64,000 nt of DNA from an uncultured archaeon (GTDB lineage Archaea; Asgardarchaeota; Thorarchaeia; Thorarchaeales; Thorarchaeaceae): assembly GCA_964473825.1 (NCBI GenBank), contig CAYYQL010000010.1, positions 1 to 64,000 on the forward strand, written 5' to 3'. Positions within the stretch are counted from its first letter, which is position 1, and the number at the start of each line of letters is the position of its first letter. This document shows, piece after piece, positions 58,838-64,000 of the stretch. The translations under genes were made by a program, and so were the position numbers. Under the pieces are notes generated by a model, which did no database searches, had not been told where the DNA came from, and saw only the letters and a list, made by a program, of their open reading frames with translations.

Positions 58838-59542
58838 TCATACGACCAGCACAACAGCGCCGCGTTCCTTGTCTACCCATCTCGCATAACCACGTTCTAC
58901 AAGCAGTTCCATGATACGGCGAAGGTCGCCCTCCGGGAGGCGTCCGAAACCTTCTCTACCCTGTTGGATGACAATCGACTTAACATCAAGATGCATCAAG
59001 CCCGTTTCAAGTGCCCAACGGTAGATATGGTCAGCCCAGTCCTCCAAAGGTCGCCAGTAGACCCGAAGCTGACGCTTCTCATCTCCGATCCACTGTGCTA
59101 TGTTCTTTTCTACAAGGGTATCTCCAAGGATCTCAAACGCATCAGCCTTACCGACAATCCCGCTAAACGGACTCTCGGTTATGAAAGTCGTAATCGATAT
59201 GACGTGAAGCTTCTGGCTCTCCATCCATGTGAGTATGAAGTCTGTCCAATCTCGTGCCCAGAGTTGTATGCCCTCTTCGTAATCTGGAACCTGATACATC
59301 CACTCCGCCTCTTCGGCATTCCCCCAGCGCGGCTGGATCTCCTCGGCTTCAATTGCAGTCTCTCGTGATACAGCAGCCTCTTCTTCGGACTCTGTGACGG
59401 TCACAGCTTCTTTTACACTGACTTCGGGTACGTGTTGATCCGTAGAAGTCTTGGTCACGATTTGCTCTTCTGACTCTTCTTCCGACTCGCGCTTCTTCTC
59501 GACGTTCTTCTCCTTCTCTTTTGATCTCTCACGAACATTCAT
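58838..59542 (-). CDS. vps25: ESCRT-II Vps25
   Basis: WxxDWTDFIL, VYWRPLEDWADHIYRW, LLVERGYA. Confidence 0.88.
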   Translation of the reverse strand: MNVRERSKEKEKNVEKKRESEEESEEQIVTKTSTDQHVPEVSVKEAVTVTESEEEAAVSRETAIEAEEIQPRWGNAEEAEWMYQVPDYEEGIQLWARDWTDFILTWMESQKLHVISITTFITESPFSGIVGKADAFEILGDTLVEKNIAQWIGDEKRQLRVYWRPLEDWADHIYRWALETGLMHLDVKSIVIQQGREGFGRLPEGDLRRIMELLVERGYARWVDKERGAVVLVV

Positions 59543-59545
59543 CAG

Positions 59546-60754
59546 CTACGAGCCCTCCGCCCAGTCTATATATCGCTTGACATCTTCGGGCGACGTTGCA
59601 GGTCTGATATTCTCGATAGCTGATAAGAAGTCATAGCGCTCAACAGGTCTCAAGTCGAATATTTCCGACTCTTCATCCAAACGTCCACTTGTTTGAAGTT
59701 CTCGAATCGGCTCCATTGCCGCCTCTCGGCACACAACACTGATGTCCCGTCCACTGTATCCCTCTGTCAGGTCAGCCAACTCCGCGAAGTCTACGCTGGG
59801 GGCTATCTCTATCTCCTCCATATGAATATTGAATATCTTCTTTCGAGCCTCGCCACCTGGCAATGGCACATGGATTCTTTTCTCAAATCTTGACCGCAGA
59901 GCAAAGTCGAGCTCCCAAGGAAGGTTTGTGGCTCCGATCACTGTGATTCTCTCGTCCTCGCGACTACCAAGGCCCTGTAACTCGGTCAGCAGCTGCGTCT
60001 TCAGACGCCTTTCACCTCCAACATCATCACCGGACCTGGAAACTCCTATAGAATCGAGCTCATCGATGAATATTATAGCGGGTGGATGCTTTCGTGCCAG
60101 TTCGAAGAGAGTCATTACCAGTCGTTCTGATTCGCCGAGCCACTTGCTTACTATATTGCCGGCTGACACATTGAAGAATGTCGCGTCAATCTCTGAGGCC
60201 ACGGCCTTTGCTATGAGTGTTTTACCACATCCCGCAGGACCATAAAGCAAGATGCCTCTCCAGGGTTGTCTCGCCTTTCCACGGAAAAGCTCGGGATGCT
60301 TCATGGGCGCAAGAATCGCGTCATCAATTGCCTGCTTTGCATCCTCGAGATCTGCGACCTCTGACATTCTAACATCTGGGCGCTCCGAAACTATTGTATC
60401 TTCTATCATATCTCGCAGTCTGACGGTATCCTCGTCAATCTCTTTCTCTTCGGCAGAGACTTGAGCAGGCACTGGCTCTTCTCTCTCAAGGGGGTCTGGT
60501 GGTGTTTCGAGTCCATGGACAGGTCCTGACTTCTTCTTGATGCCGGAGAGATACCGGACCCTGTCAACGCACTCTTGTGCTCTCTTGAGATAGTGTTTCC
60601 TGATAGAGGGCAATGCTGCCGAGTTTGACAGTTTAATCAGCACCTTGCTGGCCTTTAGATAATACTGGCAGGCCTCCTTTCCCATCCCTCTCTTGTCTAG
60701 GTCTATAGCCTTGTCAAGTAGCGCTTTGAGACCCTGATCTATTCTATCCACCAT
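59546..60754 (-). CDS. vps4: Vps4 AAA+ ATPase with MIT domain
   Basis: MIT domain (KAIDLD...YLKRA); PWRGILLYGPAGCGKT, SKWLGESE, IDELD, ATNLPWELD, RFEKRI. Confidence 0.93.
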   Translation of the reverse strand: MVDRIDQGLKALLDKAIDLDKRGMGKEACQYYLKASKVLIKLSNSAALPSIRKHYLKRAQECVDRVRYLSGIKKKSGPVHGLETPPDPLEREEPVPAQVSAEEKEIDEDTVRLRDMIEDTIVSERPDVRMSEVADLEDAKQAIDDAILAPMKHPELFRGKARQPWRGILLYGPAGCGKTLIAKAVASEIDATFFNVSAGNIVSKWLGESERLVMTLFELARKHPPAIIFIDELDSIGVSRSGDDVGGERRLKTQLLTELQGLGSREDERITVIGATNLPWELDFALRSRFEKRIHVPLPGGEARKKIFNIHMEEIEIAPSVDFAELADLTEGYSGRDISVVCREAAMEPIRELQTSGRLDEESEIFDLRPVERYDFLSAIENIRPATSPEDVKRYIDWAEGS

Positions 60755-60914
60755 TGAACCTCACTCGCGATTAGATGTCTTCCGTTAAGAACTTCAGTAT
60801 TTCCCATTCACCATCTGGCTCATATGTCGAAGTGGTTACTCGTTCTACGAAGGTTTAAACGGTCTACATTCATTGCATCTATGTACAGCAATAAGATTGA
60901 CGAGGGAGTGACTC

Positions 60915-61529
60915 TTGGGTCCAATTCGAAAGGCTTTCAGATGGGGCAAAAAACGCCCAGATGTCGGTGAAGTTTCAAGTCAGCTTCGGGTTCTGTCAAA
61001 ACAGCTGGCGCGAGAACGCAACAAACTCGAGAAAGAAGCTCGTGATACTAGGGCTCGAGCTGTACGTGCCAGGAAGGAGGGCAGGATTGACGCGTACAAG
61101 ACCTATGCCGCTGAGATGGTCCGGTTCCGACGCTTCGCTCTCTCTGTGGACAAGTCCCGTCTTCAAATCCTGAAGATCTTGGCCTATATCACTCGAGCGC
61201 AGACCACAGCCAAGGCTAATGTTGCACTGGAGAAAGTCGCTGACATCCTGGGGCTCTTAGGTGACACCACGGACACACTGAAGGTCGTGGAGAATGTGGA
61301 TGAGATTGGTCGTCGGTTGGAGCAGTTTGAGATAGAGTCCAGCATGTCGACAGAAGCCCTCGACACGACTGAGATTGGTGAAGTCACTTCAGAAGAGCTC
61401 GCTACGGCCATGGCCGAGATAGATGCAGAAGCGGGTGCATCCACATCTCGCGCGAAAAAGGCTCCTATGACAGAATCTGAAGAACTAGAGGCTGAGATCA
61501 AATCACTGGAACAAGAACTAGGTGTCTAG
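60915..61529 (+). CDS. ESCRT-III, Vps2/24/46 class
   Basis: Basic N-terminal helices aligning with CHMP1-3, an acidic C-terminus, and a MIM1-like EELEAEIKSL. Confidence 0.85.
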   Translation: MGPIRKAFRWGKKRPDVGEVSSQLRVLSKQLARERNKLEKEARDTRARAVRARKEGRIDAYKTYAAEMVRFRRFALSVDKSRLQILKILAYITRAQTTAKANVALEKVADILGLLGDTTDTLKVVENVDEIGRRLEQFEIESSMSTEALDTTEIGEVTSEELATAMAEIDAEAGASTSRAKKAPMTESEELEAEIKSLEQELGV

Positions 61530-61530
61530 C

Positions 61531-63081
61531 TCACCAGGAAGAATCAGATCTCTGCTTCATGGCCTCATACATTTCTTTCCGAGTTCTGTAGGAGTCGAGC
61601 ATTAGACTCCTGTATCTTCTCACGAAATCTTCAGGGACAAGCCGTCGATTCCTAAATAGGTCCACGGTTCGCGAAACTGCCTGCTGCAAGTCTCTGGCAT
61701 CTCTTTTGAGGTGCTGTATCTGGGGGTCGGCACCTCCGAGTCGGTCTTCACGTCCGAGAGATGCTCGAGAGAGGACGTCCTCAAGGTGGTCGGTGAAATG
61801 CTGAGCTCCATACTTGTCCATGGTGCCATAGCCTGCTGCAGGGCGTTTCTGATAGTGATATCTCTCATTCATAGTGAGGTTTTCTGCGCGTTTCCGATTG
61901 CCTGAAGACAAGAGTGAATACACAAGTTCTTCTATCTTGAGACGTACGTCACTGATATTGAAACTCGACTGTTCAATGCGCCTCACCCGCTGCATATCCG
62001 TCTGCATGTATCTATCGAACTTCTTTGCTATCTCTAGATAGTCTGGAAGAACCTCCTCGGTCTGCTCGTCACAGGATATCTTTAGGTCTCCCTGTTTCAT
62101 CTTGAGAACGAGGCGCTTTCTGATCCTCCCGTCCTCCTCCATGGAGTTGAGATAGACGAGGGGGAAATCGAAGAGGACTTCCATCTTCTTTCGAAAAGTT
62201 CCCACTTCGGCTATGAACACAATTCTCTTGTTCGTTATATAGAGTGTCCCCGTTGCCTTGTCGTGCTTAAGGAAATCGCTACCTGTAACTCGAATCTCGG
62301 GCAATGCGCAGACAGGGAGTTCATTGACAGACAGTTCAGCGTGTTCGTAGAATCCCGCAAATTCCTTACGATAGTAGTCAAGGCCCTCAAGCTGGGTTGT
62401 CGATTCGTCTAGTCGAACAACGCAGTCATCCAACGCATCATCAACACCAGACTTGAAATGCTCTCCCAGTTCTCCAATTCGGTTTGCAACACCCTCAATA
62501 AACGGAAACTGATCGGGGGTCCAGCCATTGGGGTCGATTATTCCCTTGGTCTCGGCAGCCATCTGACGTCCGACCATATCTGCTTGGTTGACAACTCTCT
62601 TTTTCACGGCCAATGCTTCATCTTGGATTCTCTCGATATTGTCTTCAATCCAGTGATAATGGAGAAAATTGGCCATTCTCAATGAAACCAGTAGCCTCTT
62701 CGAGGCAGTAAGCTTGCTGTTGAACTCCCTCAACTTGAGATGACCATACTGGAGTGACATAATGGACTCTCGCAGCTTCTTTCCAAGGTTCCTTCTCTTG
62801 TCAGCTATAGCGACTATCTTGGAGGAGTGACATCGGGGGCAGATCTCTTCTATTCTTTTCCCAATGCTCAGTTCTTCACACTCGCATTCGGGGCACTTTT
62901 CGAAGGGCCCCCCGGCCTCTGGAGTTCCTAGAGTATGATGGCACTCTGAACAGACATAGTACTCCGTGGTCTTACTCTCAAGACAATCCAGACAGAAGTT
63001 CTCGCCGCAGTCTTCGCACATGTGAGTTGCCGTGATTCTCTCGCAAACTCTGCATTTTCTGTGGGAGCTGCCTACCTTCAA
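61531..63081 (-). CDS. B-box/Zn-finger, coiled-coil, GRAM(PH)-like and steadiness-box-like protein
   Basis: CRVC...CEDC...CLDC; three further CxxC pairs; GTLYITNKRIVF; C-terminal DLFRNRRLVPEDFVRRYRSL. Confidence 0.7.
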   Translation of the reverse strand: MKVGSSHRKCRVCERITATHMCEDCGENFCLDCLESKTTEYYVCSECHHTLGTPEAGGPFEKCPECECEELSIGKRIEEICPRCHSSKIVAIADKRRNLGKKLRESIMSLQYGHLKLREFNSKLTASKRLLVSLRMANFLHYHWIEDNIERIQDEALAVKKRVVNQADMVGRQMAAETKGIIDPNGWTPDQFPFIEGVANRIGELGEHFKSGVDDALDDCVVRLDESTTQLEGLDYYRKEFAGFYEHAELSVNELPVCALPEIRVTGSDFLKHDKATGTLYITNKRIVFIAEVGTFRKKMEVLFDFPLVYLNSMEEDGRIRKRLVLKMKQGDLKISCDEQTEEVLPDYLEIAKKFDRYMQTDMQRVRRIEQSSFNISDVRLKIEELVYSLLSSGNRKRAENLTMNERYHYQKRPAAGYGTMDKYGAQHFTDHLEDVLSRASLGREDRLGGADPQIQHLKRDARDLQQAVSRTVDLFRNRRLVPEDFVRRYRSLMLDSYRTRKEMYEAMKQRSDSSW

Positions 63082-63258
63082 CTGACTGCCTCCGCTGGTC
63101 TTGTACTAGTGTCCACTATAGCTCACAATAACCTGAGTATTATCATGACAATACTCGTGCGCATGTTGAATCAGCGCAGTTGTCGCTCATTCGCGGTGTG
63201 TTGCGTCTTCAAAGGAGTTATATCAATAACAGCGGGCTGAGCTCTGACGGATGCATCC

Positions 63259-64000
63259 ATGGAAGACCTTGCGCAAGCTGCTATTGAGGGTGCCCTCAAC
63301 AACGGGGCGTCGTTTGCCGATGTTCGTATCGAGAATACTGTGACCACAGTCATTGAGATCTCTGATGGCATAACAAGAAAGGCCCTTGCATCGCGACTGA
63401 AGGGGGCAGGAATACGAGCTTTTGTTGACGGCGCATGGGCGTTCGCCCAGGCCACCAATCTCACTGCGAAGAGTCTGAGAGAAACAGGTGAGTCGGTGGC
63501 GCGGCTGGCAATGGCAACCACGGACCATGTTGCAGACCGCTTTACCATTGATGGGCCTACTTTCACGGACCGAGTCACACTTAACGTTCGTAAGCCCTTT
63601 GAAGACATTCCAATAGAGGATAAGATGGACTTTGTGAAGCGGATTGACAAACAAGCCCTAGACTTTGACAATCGGATTGTAAACTCACGAACAATCTATG
63701 GTGATTTGTCTTCGAGCATCTTTGTGGCCAACTCCTTAGGAACTAGTGTACATTTCGAGAATTCTCTTCCTCGGATAGTATCTGCACCGACAGCAAAGGA
63801 GGGAAGCAATCGGCAACGAGCTCATAAATCGGTCGGGATTCGTGGCGGGTATGAGGCAATGGAGAGTGAGGCCGCTCAAACGGTTGGAACACGCGCCGCA
63901 AGACAGGTGATTGACCTTCTTTCATCCGTTGCAGCAAAGGGCGATACCTACGATGTCGTTTTGGACCCCGTCTTGAATGGTGTTATGGTGCACGAAGCCT
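63259..64000 (+). CDS. tldD: TldD/PmbA family metalloprotease (3' truncated by the window edge)
   Basis: MEDLAQAAIEGALNNGASFADVRIE...GAGIRAFVDGAWAF...VLDPVLNGVMVHEA. Confidence 0.88.
   Translation, partial: MEDLAQAAIEGALNNGASFADVRIENTVTTVIEISDGITRKALASRLKGAGIRAFVDGAWAFAQATNLTAKSLRETGESVARLAMATTDHVADRFTIDGPTFTDRVTLNVRKPFEDIPIEDKMDFVKRIDKQALDFDNRIVNSRTIYGDLSSSIFVANSLGTSVHFENSLPRIVSAPTAKEGSNRQRAHKSVGIRGGYEAMESEAAQTVGTRAARQVIDLLSSVAAKGDTYDVVLDPVLNGVMVHEA

Noticed and set aside
251-63937. Numerous short antisense or overlapping ORFs in the six-frame track (e.g. 12904-13527, 39058-39546, 58802-59368, 63171-63671)
   Set aside because: They are shadows of well-supported genes and have no motifs.

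Overview
Archaeal genomic window, almost certainly Asgard and most like Thorarchaeia. This is inferred from the ESCRT locus, the B1-type PolB, arcS/RaSEA, nurA-herA-mre11-rad50 and the 24-aa LRR family. Positions 1-22.1 kb are accessory DNA centred on a tRNA-Arg(GCG) gene with two introns (8102-8228). On its 5' side, a 5.7-kb island is bounded by a 115-bp near-perfect duplication of the tRNA promoter and 5' half. On its 3' side, a 13.9-kb island ends in a copy of the tRNA 3' end and has a degenerate internal copy. The 3' island carries an uncharacterised operon: a membrane-anchored HerA/VirB4-like ATPase, a giant acidic HTH/LAGLIDADG-like protein, and a family of paralogous acidic winged-helix proteins. 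Positions 22.2-64 kb are core genome: DNA repair and replication genes, archaeosine synthesis, aspS and several apparent pseudoenzymes. This part also has several eukaryote-like trafficking proteins: a mu-homology-like protein, an IFT52-like GIFT protein, and an ESCRT locus with shuffled domains (Vps28N-Vps22/36 fusion, Vps25, Vps4, Vps2/24/46, and a B-box/GRAM/steadiness-box protein). All family calls come from motifs recognised by eye; no searches were run.
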